The notes: generated from the sequence alone by a model not told the origin. A stretch of DNA of 33,748 nucleotides from Parcubacteria group bacterium Gr01-1014_56 (GCA_007375995.1 VMFK01000005.1:1-33748); one strand, 5' to 3'; positions 17,603 to 26,017 are shown, counted from the stretch's first letter. Numbers and translations: made by a program.

Positions 17603-18241
17603 CTACGCTTTTAAAGATTTCAGGGCCTCAATAGTTGCGCGAGCATTGTTAAGGCCGTTTTTGCTACCAGAATGTATTTTGGCGACAATATTTGTGATGC
17701 CAGCAAGCTCAAGCACGAGGCGCGCTGAGGAGCCTGCGACAAGACCGCGCCCTTTGGCCGGTATAAGCAGCACCCTTGAGGCACAATATTTTGCCGACAC
17801 TTCGTGAGCGATCGAAGAATCTTTATTGAGATTAACCGTGATCATGTGCTTCTTAGCCTCGCGGGTCGCCTTGTCTATCGCGAGCGTTGTGTCGCCCGCC
17901 TTCCCTACCCCTACCCCTACCTTTCCTTTTTTGTTGCCGATAATGAGCGCAACACTAAAGGAGAAGCGGCGACCGCCGGCGATCACGCGCGCCACGCGGC
18001 GGATATTAATCATACGTGTATCAAATTCGCTTTTACGCTCGGTTCTGCCGCCGCTTCTGCCACCTGGCCTACCACCACGCTTGTCTCCGCCGCGACCGCG
18101 GCGCTCACGACGTGGGCCACGGGCATCTGCTCCTGGTGCGGCAGGGGCGGCCGCTTCGGGTGCGTCAGCGATAACCTCCTCTGCTACCTCAAGAGCAGGT
18201 TCTTCGATCTTTATTTCTTTTTCAGTGTTTGTTTCAGTCAT
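17603..18241 (-). CDS. rpsE: 30S ribosomal protein uS5 (long acidic then RG-rich N-terminal extension)
   Basis: RRVARVIAGGRRFSFS, GKVGVG.GKA, NNARATIEAL. Confidence 0.97.
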   Translation of the reverse strand: MTETNTEKEIKIEEPALEVAEEVIADAPEAAAPAAPGADARGPRRERRGRGGDKRGGRPGGRSGGRTERKSEFDTRMINIRRVARVIAGGRRFSFSVALIIGNKKGKVGVGVGKAGDTTLAIDKATREAKKHMITVNLNKDSSIAHEVSAKYCASRVLLIPAKGRGLVAGSSARLVLELAGITNIVAKIHSGSKNGLNNARATIEALKSLKA

Positions 18242-18243
18242 AC

Positions 18244-18273
18244 AATTACTTGTGGTGAGTCATATCGAACTAC
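18244..18273 (-). repeat. 30-bp intergenic repeat (rplR-rpsE)
   Basis: 28/30 identical to 19155-19184. Confidence 0.9.
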
Positions 18274-18614
18274 ATAGTGAGTCCTGCCTCGCGCGCAGCA
18301 TCTGCGAGTATCGCAACGCGGCCAGTATAGCGGAAACCGCCACGGTCAAACACTACCGCCTTTATCCCCGCTGCCTGAGCACGTTTTGCTAAATCTTTTC
18401 CGAGTTCTTTGGCTGCAGCAGTTTTCTTAGCCTTCATACCCTTTGTGCTGCCGGCAATGAGTGTCTTACCTGCTTCGTCGTCGATGACCTGCGCATGAAT
18501 ATAACGATTAGACTTGTACACTGCAAGACGTGGGCGCAGAGCGCTCCCGATCACGCGCGAGCGGATACGTGCATGACGACGCTGACGGCTTTGAGTTTTA
18601 GTAATCGATTTCAT
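18270..18614 (-). CDS. rplR: 50S ribosomal protein uL18
   Basis: RPRLAVYKSNRYIHAQVIDD, VFDRGGFRYTGRV. Confidence 0.97.
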   Translation of the reverse strand: MKSITKTQSRQRRHARIRSRVIGSALRPRLAVYKSNRYIHAQVIDDEAGKTLIAGSTKGMKAKKTAAAKELGKDLAKRAQAAGIKAVVFDRGGFRYTGRVAILADAAREAGLTM

Positions 18615-18619
18615 ATTGT

Positions 18620-19153
18620 CTATGCAGCCTTTTTGCCCTGCTTGCGGCGAACTACCTCCTTGTCATAACGGATGCCCTTGCCCTTGTATGGCTCTGGTTT
18701 CTTGAGCTCGCGCACATTTGCGGCGAACTGTCCGACCAACTCTTTATCAAAACCTGCTATAGAGAGAGCGCCTTTATCGATCGTGACAGCGAGGCCCTCG
18801 GGGATCGTCATTTTGACCGGGTGAGAAAAACCAAGAGAGAGGTTGAGATTCTTACCTGCGACATCCCACTTGTAGCCGACACCTTCGATCAAAAGTTTTT
18901 TTACAAATCCGCTGTTTACTCCCTCGATCATGTTGCGAACATGAGACGCGTAGCTCCCGAGTGCAGCGCGTGCCTCAATCGACTCAGATTTTGTGGCTAC
19001 TTGCACACCCCCCTCGCCTACCGCAACAGAGACAAGGGTGTGGCCCGCGCGCGTGAGCGTGCCCTTGGGGCCCTTGACCTTGATCTCGCCGTTTTGGACG
19101 GAGACCTCGGTCTTGGCCGGAATCATGATAGGTTGTTTTGCAAGTCGTGACAT
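18620..19153 (-). CDS. rplF: 50S ribosomal protein uL6
   Basis: MSRLAKQPI, VKGPKG, LGFSHP, PEPYKGKGIRY. Confidence 0.98.
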   Translation of the reverse strand: MSRLAKQPIMIPAKTEVSVQNGEIKVKGPKGTLTRAGHTLVSVAVGEGGVQVATKSESIEARAALGSYASHVRNMIEGVNSGFVKKLLIEGVGYKWDVAGKNLNLSLGFSHPVKMTIPEGLAVTIDKGALSIAGFDKELVGQFAANVRELKKPEPYKGKGIRYDKEVVRRKQGKKAA

Positions 19154-19154
19154 A

Positions 19155-19184
19155 AATTACTTGTGGTGAATCATATTGAACTAC
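19155..19184 (-). repeat. 30-bp intergenic repeat (rpsH-rplF)
   Basis: AATTACTTGTGGTGAATCATATTGAACTAC, matching 18244-18273. Confidence 0.9.
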
Positions 19185-19564
19185 CAAATTTCGAACAGGG
19201 CTTCGCCGCCGACTCTCTTCAGCTTAGCTTCTTTGCCAGTCAAAATGCCTTCTGGAGTTGAGAGTACAAGGAGACCGTGTCCACGCTTCACCGGTTTAAT
19301 ATCATGGATGCTCATGTACATGCGACGCGAAGGCTTTGAAATGCGCTTCGCTCCGGTTATAGCCGGGCGGCCGTTCTTGTAGAGGAGCGAGACTGAAAGC
19401 GAGGCGCCCTTCTTTTGGTCGACAGTACTCACATACCCTTCCTTCTCAAGGATTTGTGCGATCGAAAATTTCATCCGTGAGTACGGCATAGAGACACCCT
19501 CCTTTTTAACTTTGGAAGCGTTTTGCAAACGTATAAGAAAATCTGCGATTGGGTCAGTTACCAT
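19181..19564 (-). CDS. rpsH: 30S ribosomal protein uS8
   Basis: DPIADFLIRLQNA, RISKPSRRMY, LSTPEG, GGE. Confidence 0.98.
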   Translation of the reverse strand: MVTDPIADFLIRLQNASKVKKEGVSMPYSRMKFSIAQILEKEGYVSTVDQKKGASLSVSLLYKNGRPAITGAKRISKPSRRMYMSIHDIKPVKRGHGLLVLSTPEGILTGKEAKLKRVGGEALFEIW

Positions 19565-19590
19565 ACAATTAATTTAAGACGGGCACAGCA

Positions 19591-19776
19591 TTACCAAGAT
19601 GATTTTCGAACGCCAGGAATAAGCCCCTCGTTTGCTGCCTCTCTAAAGCAGGCTCGGCACATGCCGAAGTCCCGCATAAAGGCGCGTTTGCGCCCGCAGC
19701 GAAAGCAACGACGAACAACCCGAGAAGCGAACTTCGGCGGGCGGTTTGAGCGCGCAACTGTGGACTTTTTTGCCAT
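19591..19776 (-). CDS. rpsN: 30S ribosomal protein uS14, Zn-binding (C+) type
   Basis: CFRCGR...[15 protein letters not shown]. Confidence 0.97.
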   Translation of the reverse strand: MAKKSTVARSNRPPKFASRVVRRCFRCGRKRAFMRDFGMCRACFREAANEGLIPGVRKSSW

Positions 19777-19817
19777 ATGAATGGTTTACCCCTCTTTTGT
19801 CCTTTGGGGGTTATGAT

Positions 19818-19861
19818 CCTGCTGGTATCCCTCGCCTTTCGACTAAACGAGACCTAACAGA
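19818..19861 (-). promoter_or_regulatory. Putative S8-binding leader hairpin (16S helix-21 mimic)
   Basis: UCUGUUAGGUC...GAUACCAGCAGG versus E. coli h21 UUUGUUAAGUC...GAUACUGGCAAG. Confidence 0.65.
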
Positions 19862-19864
19862 AAA

Positions 19865-19887
19865 AAGGAGCCCCTGATGGGCTCCTT
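19865..19887 (-). terminator. Terminator-like hairpin after rplE
   Basis: AAGGAGCCC-ATCAG-GGGCTCCTT followed by a T run on the minus strand. Confidence 0.7.
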
Positions 19888-19889
19888 AA

Positions 19890-19918
19890 AATATACGCGA
19901 AGGGGGCTATAAAGTCAA
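19890..19918 (-). promoter_or_regulatory. Internal promoter for rpsN and downstream genes
   Basis: TTGACT-17-TATATT. Confidence 0.7.
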
Positions 19919-19954
19919 ATTCGACTTACTTTTGCTTTTTTATTTGTTCAAAAA

Positions 19955-20494
19955 TTATTTTTTGAAAGGAAAGCCGAGGTGGGTAAGATAGGCTTTTGCT
20001 TCTACTTTATTTTTTGCAGTGGTGACAACCGTAACCGCCATGCCGAAGACATCTTTAATATCCTCGTCTGTAGTCTCGGGGAACACGACATGCTCTTTGA
20101 CCCCTAAGGTAAAGTTACCCATCTCGTCAATTGCGCTCTCCTCAAGACCTTTAAAGTCCTTGGTGCGTGGGAGTGCCACATGGATAAGACGGTTAAGAAA
20201 ATCCTCTGCGCGCTTGCCACGCAGTGTTATCTGGTAGCCGACCGTGTCGCCCACCCGAGTCTTAAAGGTAGCGATCGCTTTTTTAGCACCGCGAGTAACT
20301 GCCTTCTGCCCGGTAATTTTAGCAAGGCGGTCTTGCACGAGCTCGAGCTTGCCCTTCTCTTTAACCATTTTGCCGACGCCAACTGAGATCACTACCTTTT
20401 CGATCTTGATGGTTTGCATGACATTGCTCCACCCGAAATTTCCTTTCAGTCCGTCAAATGCTGTCTTCTGTTGTGCTTGAAGTAGGTTTGCCAT
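19955..20494 (-). CDS. rplE: 50S ribosomal protein uL5
   Basis: KIEKVVISVGVG, ITGQK, TLRG, ALPRTKDFKG, GVKEHVVFPE. Confidence 0.98.
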   Translation of the reverse strand: MANLLQAQQKTAFDGLKGNFGWSNVMQTIKIEKVVISVGVGKMVKEKGKLELVQDRLAKITGQKAVTRGAKKAIATFKTRVGDTVGYQITLRGKRAEDFLNRLIHVALPRTKDFKGLEESAIDEMGNFTLGVKEHVVFPETTDEDIKDVFGMAVTVVTTAKNKVEAKAYLTHLGFPFKK

Positions 20495-20497
20495 ATA

Positions 20498-20938
20498 TTA
20501 TTTTTTTAAACTCACGTTGCTTGCGTGTATAGGAAATTGTTTATCAATTATTTGTCCCTTCTGGCCTTCGCGCCTTGGCTTTGCATGTTTTTTACGCATG
20601 CCAGTGCCCTCCACGAGCACCATGTTGGTCTTAGGGAAGACTTGCGTAACTTTGCCGCTCTTGCCGCGGTCAACGCCAGCAAGAACTACTACGGTATCGC
20701 CTTTTTTTATATATGAGCCGTCTTTGCGACGAAATGCTTTGCGCTGACGCACTACGACACCACGAAGTATGTCCTTCTTTTTAACTCCTTTGCGCGGCTC
20801 AGCCACCTGGACCGAGAGCGTGACCAGTTCGCCTATCTCAGCATAGCGCTTTGCGGCGCTCCCAAGCACTTTGAAAACGCGGCCGATTTTGGCACCTGAG
20901 TTGTCTGCTATGACGACGAGTGAGCGATCTTGAATCAT
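20498..20938 (-). CDS. rplN/rplX: In-frame fusion of C-terminally truncated uL14 (aa 1-77) and uL24
   Basis: MIQDRS..ADNSGAK...RRKDGSYI runs directly into IKKGDTVVVLAG.DRGKSGKV...PIHASNV. Confidence 0.9.
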   Translation of the reverse strand: MIQDRSLVVIADNSGAKIGRVFKVLGSAAKRYAEIGELVTLSVQVAEPRKGVKKKDILRGVVVRQRKAFRRKDGSYIKKGDTVVVLAGVDRGKSGKVTQVFPKTNMVLVEGTGMRKKHAKPRREGQKGQIIDKQFPIHASNVSLKK

Positions 20939-20943
20939 AAATG

Positions 20944-21210
20944 TTAATTCTCCTTTGCGAAGACTATTTCAAAAGACTTCGTCTTCGAGAGCGGCCGGCA
21001 CGAGCGGATAGTTACTGTCTCCCCTTCTTTTGCACGGTTGCCAGGGTTGTGTGCGTGATATTTCTTACTCGTCTTCATGTACTTTTTGTACTTTGGATGC
21101 TTGACGTAGCGAGACACCAGCACCACGGCTGTGTCCGTCATTTTGTCGGATACTACGGTGCCGCGAAGTGTCTTCTTATGCTTTTTTATTTCTTGGATTT
21201 TTGTTTCCAT
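20944..21210 (-). CDS. rpsQ: 30S ribosomal protein uS17
   Basis: GTVVSDKMTDT, HPKYKK, CRPLSKTK. Confidence 0.97.
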   Translation of the reverse strand: METKIQEIKKHKKTLRGTVVSDKMTDTAVVLVSRYVKHPKYKKYMKTSKKYHAHNPGNRAKEGETVTIRSCRPLSKTKSFEIVFAKEN

Positions 21211-21215
21211 ATAAT

Positions 21216-21422
21216 TTATTTGTTGCTTGTTCCGAGTTTTATCGAGGAAAGCTGAGTTAAGGCGCGAGCGATCTCTTTGCGCAGGCTCCGGCCGAGCTTT
21301 ACATTGCGATTTTTACTCCCTGCGAGCGAAAAACGCAAGGCGCGAAGCTCCTCACGTTTGGTCCCCGCCAACTTTGTGAGTTCCTCCTGGCTATGATTGA
21401 TGAGTGATGTTTTCTTTGCCAT
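21216..21422 (-). CDS. rpmC: 50S ribosomal protein uL29
   Basis: EELRALRF...LRKEIARALT; position between rplP and rpsQ; start MAKK at 21422. Confidence 0.92.
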   Translation of the reverse strand: MAKKTSLINHSQEELTKLAGTKREELRALRFSLAGSKNRNVKLGRSLRKEIARALTQLSSIKLGTSNK

Positions 21423-21455
21423 ATCTTTTTGATTTATCAAAATAAATTTTGATGT

Positions 21456-21875
21456 TTAGTGTCGTGCAACAACCTTGGTTTTAAGCGGGAGTTTCTTGCC
21501 GGCCTTTACGAGCGTCTGAATTGCGATAGCGTCCCCTACTCCGTCTACCTCAAAGAGTACACGGCCAGGCCACACCTCTATCTCGTAGCCGACCGGGTCG
21601 CCCTTGCCCTTGCCAAGCTTCACCTCCGGCGGCTTCTGCGTAAACGGCTTGTCAGGAAATACGCGTAGCCACATTTTGCCGGTCTTGCCCAAGCTCCTCA
21701 CTATCACCTTGCGCGAGCTTTCAAGTTGGTTGCTGCGCACGCGCGCGTGGCTTGTGGCTTTAAGGCCGTGGGAGCCAAAGGCAACCGTTATGCCGCGGGT
21801 CTCTACCTTACCCTTTTTTGCATTGCGGCGCATGGTGTGCCACTTTCTATATTTAACTTTTTTAGGAAACAACAT
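21456..21875 (-). CDS. rplP: 50S ribosomal protein uL16
   Basis: MLFPKKVKYRK, RVFPDKPFTQKP.EVKLGKGKG. Confidence 0.98.
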   Translation of the reverse strand: MLFPKKVKYRKWHTMRRNAKKGKVETRGITVAFGSHGLKATSHARVRSNQLESSRKVIVRSLGKTGKMWLRVFPDKPFTQKPPEVKLGKGKGDPVGYEIEVWPGRVLFEVDGVGDAIAIQTLVKAGKKLPLKTKVVARH

Positions 21876-21880
21876 ACAAT

Positions 21881-22558
21881 TTATTTACTTTTCTCTTTAC
21901 CGGCGGCATCGGCAAACACTTCGCCACGGTAGATCCAAACTTTGACGCCGATAACGCCGAGTGGCAGGTTTGCGCGCTCTTTGGCAAAGTCGATGTCGGA
22001 GCGGAAGGTTTGGAGCGGGATGCGACCTTTCTTGAGCTCCTCAGTGCGCGACATAGAGCCGCCGCCGAGCATGCCGGCTACACCGATGCGTACGCCCTTG
22101 ACGTCGCGGTTGGCCATCACCTTTTCGATCGTCTGTTTGAGTACACGACGAAACGGCATGCGCTTCTCCAAGCTCTCGGCCACCATGTAGGCAACAATTG
22201 CCGCATTGCTCTCTGGAGAGCGGATCTCCTCAATGTCGAGTTTTACTTCTGGCACTCGGAGCTTTTTATGCTGCAAAAATGCAACGATTTTATTGCGCAG
22301 TTTAAGCGAGCCCTCACCAGAGCGGCCGATAATGAGCCCCGGGCGCGAAGTTTTTAGAATCACGCGGAGCGTCTTGTCGTTGCGCTCGATCTCGATGCCG
22401 CCAATATACATACCGCGCAGCTCTCTCAGGAGATATTCGCGCAGGAGTATGTCCGCCTTGAGATACTCTTGGTACTTAGTACCTGAAGCAAACCAACGAT
22501 GACGCCAGTCACGCAGTATCCCGAGTCGGTGTGCAAATGGATTAACTACTTTAGACAT
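21881..22558 (-). CDS. rpsC: 30S ribosomal protein uS3
   Basis: VNPFAHRLG, RPGLIIGR, GRIPLQTFRSDIDF, GVIGVKVWIY; start MSKV at 22558. Confidence 0.97.
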   Translation of the reverse strand: MSKVVNPFAHRLGILRDWRHRWFASGTKYQEYLKADILLREYLLRELRGMYIGGIEIERNDKTLRVILKTSRPGLIIGRSGEGSLKLRNKIVAFLQHKKLRVPEVKLDIEEIRSPESNAAIVAYMVAESLEKRMPFRRVLKQTIEKVMANRDVKGVRIGVAGMLGGGSMSRTEELKKGRIPLQTFRSDIDFAKERANLPLGVIGVKVWIYRGEVFADAAGKEKSK

Positions 22559-22562
22559 ACAA

Positions 22563-22952
22563 TTATTTATCCTGAGCGGAGTCGAAGGATTTGGCGACGG
22601 CCTTCTTAGCCTTTTTTGCCGACTTTGGCAGAGCAGCAGAAAGTGCAAGTGTGATCACACTGGTCTTTTTGCGGATCATGCTTGCCCGGCCGCGCGCGCG
22701 CGGCATCTGACGTTTAAAAACTACACCGCCGTTTACCTCGATCTTAGAAATGTAGAGCGTGGAGGCATCTGTCTTTGCATTTGAAACTGCAGAGAGGAGG
22801 AGTTTTGCCATTGGGTCGCTGCCGCGCTTAGGGAGTGTTGAGAGGAGCGCGAGAGCATTAGCAACGTTTCTACCGCGGATAAGGTCAGCGATAAGACGCA
22901 CCTTGCGAGGAGATTGTCGGTAGTTACTAAGTTGTGCGGTAGATGCTGTCAT
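22563..22952 (-). CDS. rplV: 50S ribosomal protein uL22
   Basis: RQSPRKVRLIADLIRG, PRARGRA..IRKKTS. Confidence 0.97.
   Translation of the reverse strand: MTASTAQLSNYRQSPRKVRLIADLIRGRNVANALALLSTLPKRGSDPMAKLLLSAVSNAKTDASTLYISKIEVNGGVVFKRQMPRARGRASMIRKKTSVITLALSAALPKSAKKAKKAVAKSFDSAQDK
22566..22586 (-). repeat. TTCGA...CTCA short repeat inside the rplV 3' end
   Basis: TTCGACTCCGCTCAGGATAAA encodes the uL22 tail FDSAQDK. Confidence 0.65.
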
Positions 22953-22962
22953 ACAATTATTA

Positions 22963-22982
22963 TTTATAGTGAGCCTGTCGAA
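22963..22982 (-). repeat. TTCGA...CTCA short repeat (rpsS-rplV)
   Basis: TTCGACAGGCTCACTATAAA directly after the rpsS TAG. Confidence 0.65.
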
Positions 22983-23354
22983 CTATTTCTTTGCTGCTGG
23001 CGCACCTGCTTTGCCGCCACTTGCCTCTGCCGCGGCCTTGGCTGCACCTGCTGCCGCTATCTCAGACTCCTTAGCTTTGATCTCGAGCTCCTTCTGCATT
23101 TTACCGCCGTGGCGAGTAAACTTTTTGGTGGGAGAGAATTCGCCCAGGCGATGCCCGACCATATCCTCGCTCACCAATACCTCTATATGCTTCATGCCGT
23201 TGTAGACGCCGAACTTGAAACCGACCATCTCAGGAGCGATTTGCGAGCGGCGCGCCCACGTCTTTATAGGCTCAGCAGTCTGAGGTTTCTTGCCCTCAAT
23301 TTTCTTGAGGAGTTTAGCGTCCACGTAGGGACCTTTGCTGATTGATCGTGCCAT
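22983..23354 (-). CDS. rpsS: 30S ribosomal protein uS19 (Ala/Lys-rich C-terminal extension)
   Basis: [32 protein letters not shown]. Confidence 0.98.
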   Translation of the reverse strand: MARSISKGPYVDAKLLKKIEGKKPQTAEPIKTWARRSQIAPEMVGFKFGVYNGMKHIEVLVSEDMVGHRLGEFSPTKKFTRHGGKMQKELEIKAKESEIAAAGAAKAAAEASGGKAGAPAAKK

Positions 23355-23402
23355 AATTTGTGTTCTTTTCTAAACAAAAACCCGCCGTGCGGGAGTAAAA
23401 AC

Positions 23403-23468
23403 ATCCTACAGGATAAGCCCCGAAGAGTCAAATAGAGCCTTGCCGGAGGCGGTTTATAGATATAGAGT
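23403..23468. promoter_or_regulatory. Divergent promoter pair
   Basis: Minus: TTGACT-17-TAGGAT (23431-23403) toward rpsS. Plus: TTGCCG-17-TAGAGT (23440-23468) toward the inserted gene. Confidence 0.6.
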
Positions 23469-23502
23469 GTGGGAAGAAGTTCACTGCAATGGGAGTAAAA
23501 TC

Positions 23503-24063
23503 ATGCTCAACCTTAAGACACTACCTGTCCACATACGGAGGGCTGCTAAGCAGATCGATCTTGTGGCTGATGCGCTCGCACGCGCAAACCGCGGTCGGGA
23601 ATGGTTAGACAAACACGCCCCGCCTGACTGGCGGCTCCAGATGATGTCTATAACCGGCGGAAAAATTTCTTCGCGGGTAAGGCTTCCTTATGGTGATCAA
23701 AACCCTCTAGCACTGGCGTTTCGCAGGGATAAAAGCCTCAAGAACGGAGACGGCCGAGTGATATGGGCTTCAGTCTCGGATCGATTTGGATTTACCCAGA
23801 ATCGCAAAATACCACAAGAGTTGGGTTTTTTGGAAAAAAGACACCAAGTAGAGAATGCGCTCATCGACGAAAATATCGACGGATATTTTCTCGATGATGC
23901 GTGGGAAACTATACTGAAGAACTTACGCTGGTACCCCCAACCGGTTGCTCCCTACCCAAAAAAAGAAGAACCGAAAAAATCTTTCAGTTTCTTCAGTAGT
24001 CCCGACAGGAATTCTTTGCTAACTAAAATGGCTGGCGAAACTCATCGGGATCAAGATACCTAA
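23503..24063 (+). CDS. Hypothetical protein inserted antisense between rplB and rpsS
   Basis: ATG 23503 with SD GGGAG, own promoter and terminator. Confidence 0.7.
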   Translation: MLNLKTLPVHIRRAAKQIDLVADALARANRGREWLDKHAPPDWRLQMMSITGGKISSRVRLPYGDQNPLALAFRRDKSLKNGDGRVIWASVSDRFGFTQNRKIPQELGFLEKRHQVENALIDENIDGYFLDDAWETILKNLRWYPQPVAPYPKKEEPKKSFSFFSSPDRNSLLTKMAGETHRDQDT

Positions 24064-24083
24064 GAAAACTAGACATCACGAAA

Positions 24084-24106
24084 AACCCCGCTACTCTGGC
24101 GGGGTT
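24084..24106. terminator. Bidirectional terminator
   Basis: AACCCCGC-TACTCTG-GCGGGGTT with A and T tracts, between convergent genes. Confidence 0.75.
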
Positions 24107-24115
24107 CTCTTTTTA

Positions 24116-24967
24116 TTATTTATTGTCCTTACTGCGCTTGCCGACTTTGCGGCGAGAGACAATCAAGTAGTTTGAATACTTTTTAGGTGTACGAGACTTC
24201 TGCCCCTTGCCTGTCGGCTTGCCCCAGGCAGATTTAGCGCGGCGCGTACCACGGCCTTGGCGCCCTTCGCCGCCGCCGTATGGGTGGTCTACCGGGTTCA
24301 TAGCGCTGCCGCGCACTGTTGGGCGAATACCAAGCCAGCGGCTGCGACCCGCTTTGCCGATGTTCATCAATTTATTTTCAGGGTTAGAAACCTCGCCAAG
24401 TGTTGCCCAGCAGTCCTCAAGCACCCGGCGTACCTCGCTTGAAGGCATCTTGAGGTCGACATAGCCTTGGTCACGTGCGACTACCTCGATATGTGTACCT
24501 GCAGCACGGCCGAGTTTGCCGCCGTTCCCTGGTTTGATCTCAACGTTATAGACAAATGCACCGATCGGCATGTTTTTAAGAGGCATACGGTTACCGGGAG
24601 TTGCCGGAGCGTTTTGTGCCGTCGTGATTGTGTCGCCCACTTTTACCGACTGTGGCAGGAGTGCGTAGCGACGTGCGCCGTCTTTGTAGAGAAGCACGCC
24701 GATAAAGCCAGAGCGGTTCGGGTCATACTCGATAGTCTCAACAACCGCCGGAACCTGTTTGTCGTAATAAAAATCGACATCGCGGAAGAGGCGTTTATGT
24801 CCGCCGCCCTTGTGGCGCACCGTGATGCGGCCGTCTTTGTTCCGACCCATGTCACGCTTGCCGCCCGAGACAAGCGCTTTGTGCGGCTCGTTAGTCGTGA
24901 GCTTGCCACGGAACGTGACCGTGGTCATGTGACGGCGTGATTTTGTATAAGGGTTATAGTGTTTCAT
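24116..24967 (-). CDS. rplB: 50S ribosomal protein uL2
   Basis: GRITVRHKGGGHKR, EYDPNRS, RGSAMNPVDHPYGGGEG. Confidence 0.99.
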   Translation of the reverse strand: MKHYNPYTKSRRHMTTVTFRGKLTTNEPHKALVSGGKRDMGRNKDGRITVRHKGGGHKRLFRDVDFYYDKQVPAVVETIEYDPNRSGFIGVLLYKDGARRYALLPQSVKVGDTITTAQNAPATPGNRMPLKNMPIGAFVYNVEIKPGNGGKLGRAAGTHIEVVARDQGYVDLKMPSSEVRRVLEDCWATLGEVSNPENKLMNIGKAGRSRWLGIRPTVRGSAMNPVDHPYGGGEGRQGRGTRRAKSAWGKPTGKGQKSRTPKKYSNYLIVSRRKVGKRSKDNK

Positions 24968-24996
24968 AAATTTTTTATAAAATTTCTTTACATTTT

Positions 24997-25281
24997 TTAC
25001 ATCAGCTCTATGGTCTCCCCCTTTTTAAGGTATACGTAAGCCTTTTTGCCTCCCGCTGTTTTGCCAGAGCGGTTAGTGCCACGCGTAACTACCTGCTTTG
25101 TGGGGATAGTAACGACGCGCACCTTGCGTGGAGTTACTTTAAAAATCTCCTTGATTGCTTCGGCAATCTCTTTTTTATTTGCTGTCGGAGCTACATTAAA
25201 AACGTATACACCAAGCTCAGAGAGGTACGCACCCTTTTCGGTAACGCGTGGGTTAAGAAGTATGTGAGAAGCGTGTTTCAT
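24997..25281 (-). CDS. rplW: 50S ribosomal protein uL23
   Basis: PRVTEK, ANKKEI, KKAYVYL. Confidence 0.97.
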   Translation of the reverse strand: MKHASHILLNPRVTEKGAYLSELGVYVFNVAPTANKKEIAEAIKEIFKVTPRKVRVVTIPTKQVVTRGTNRSGKTAGGKKAYVYLKKGETIELM

Positions 25282-25282
25282 A

Positions 25283-25999
25283 TTATTTATTCTTAACTAC
25301 GCGCTTAGCGCCAAGCGTTTTTATTGCTGCTTCTGGGTCAGCAATCACGAGGTATTTGCTCGAGAGTACTGATACTGGGTTTAAGTTGCGCACCTCTACC
25401 GTAGCAACGTTGCCGATATTTGCGAAGCTCTTTTGTGTTGGCGTATGCGCGGTCGGGAGTGCGATAAGCGCTACGTTGTTCTTTTTAGTAAAGCCGCCAA
25501 GGTGTTGAGAGAGTGCTGTCAAAATAGCTTTTGCCTCTTTGGTTTTAGGAGCTTTCATCTCGAGCGAGTCTATAAAAATGATCTCATTGTCTTTAAATTT
25601 GCGTGAGAGCGCGACAAGAAGCGCCTTTTGGCGTGCCTGGCGGTTGATTTTTTGCGCATAGGACTTGTCCTTGCGGGGGCCGTGGGTAACACCGCCGCCC
25701 TTCCAGATCGGAGAGCGAGAGGAGCCGTGGCGCGCGCGGCCAGTACCCTTTTGGGCCCATGGTTTCTTGCCGCCACCGCGCACCTCGCCGCGGTCTTTGG
25801 TGTGCGCAATAGGTGTGCGGTTGTTTGCACGCATAGCAACAACTACCTGGTGTACCAAGTCGCCGTTCCAAGGCAGGCCAAAAATATTTTCAGGGAGGTT
25901 AAATGTCCCCATTTCTTTGCCTTGTTTGTTGTAAATCTTTGTTTCCATCCCGTTAGAAGGCTTAGAAATTTTTTCTTTTATTTTAGTTTGAGTTTCCAT
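25283..25999 (-). CDS. rplD: 50S ribosomal protein uL4
   Basis: TKDRGEVRGGGKKPWAQKGTGRARHGSSRSPIW.GGG; exact start uncertain. Confidence 0.97.
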   Translation of the reverse strand: METQTKIKEKISKPSNGMETKIYNKQGKEMGTFNLPENIFGLPWNGDLVHQVVVAMRANNRTPIAHTKDRGEVRGGGKKPWAQKGTGRARHGSSRSPIWKGGGVTHGPRKDKSYAQKINRQARQKALLVALSRKFKDNEIIFIDSLEMKAPKTKEAKAILTALSQHLGGFTKKNNVALIALPTAHTPTQKSFANIGNVATVEVRNLNPVSVLSSKYLVIADPEAAIKTLGAKRVVKNK

Positions 26000-26017
26000 A
26001 TTTATATTCAAGACCTT

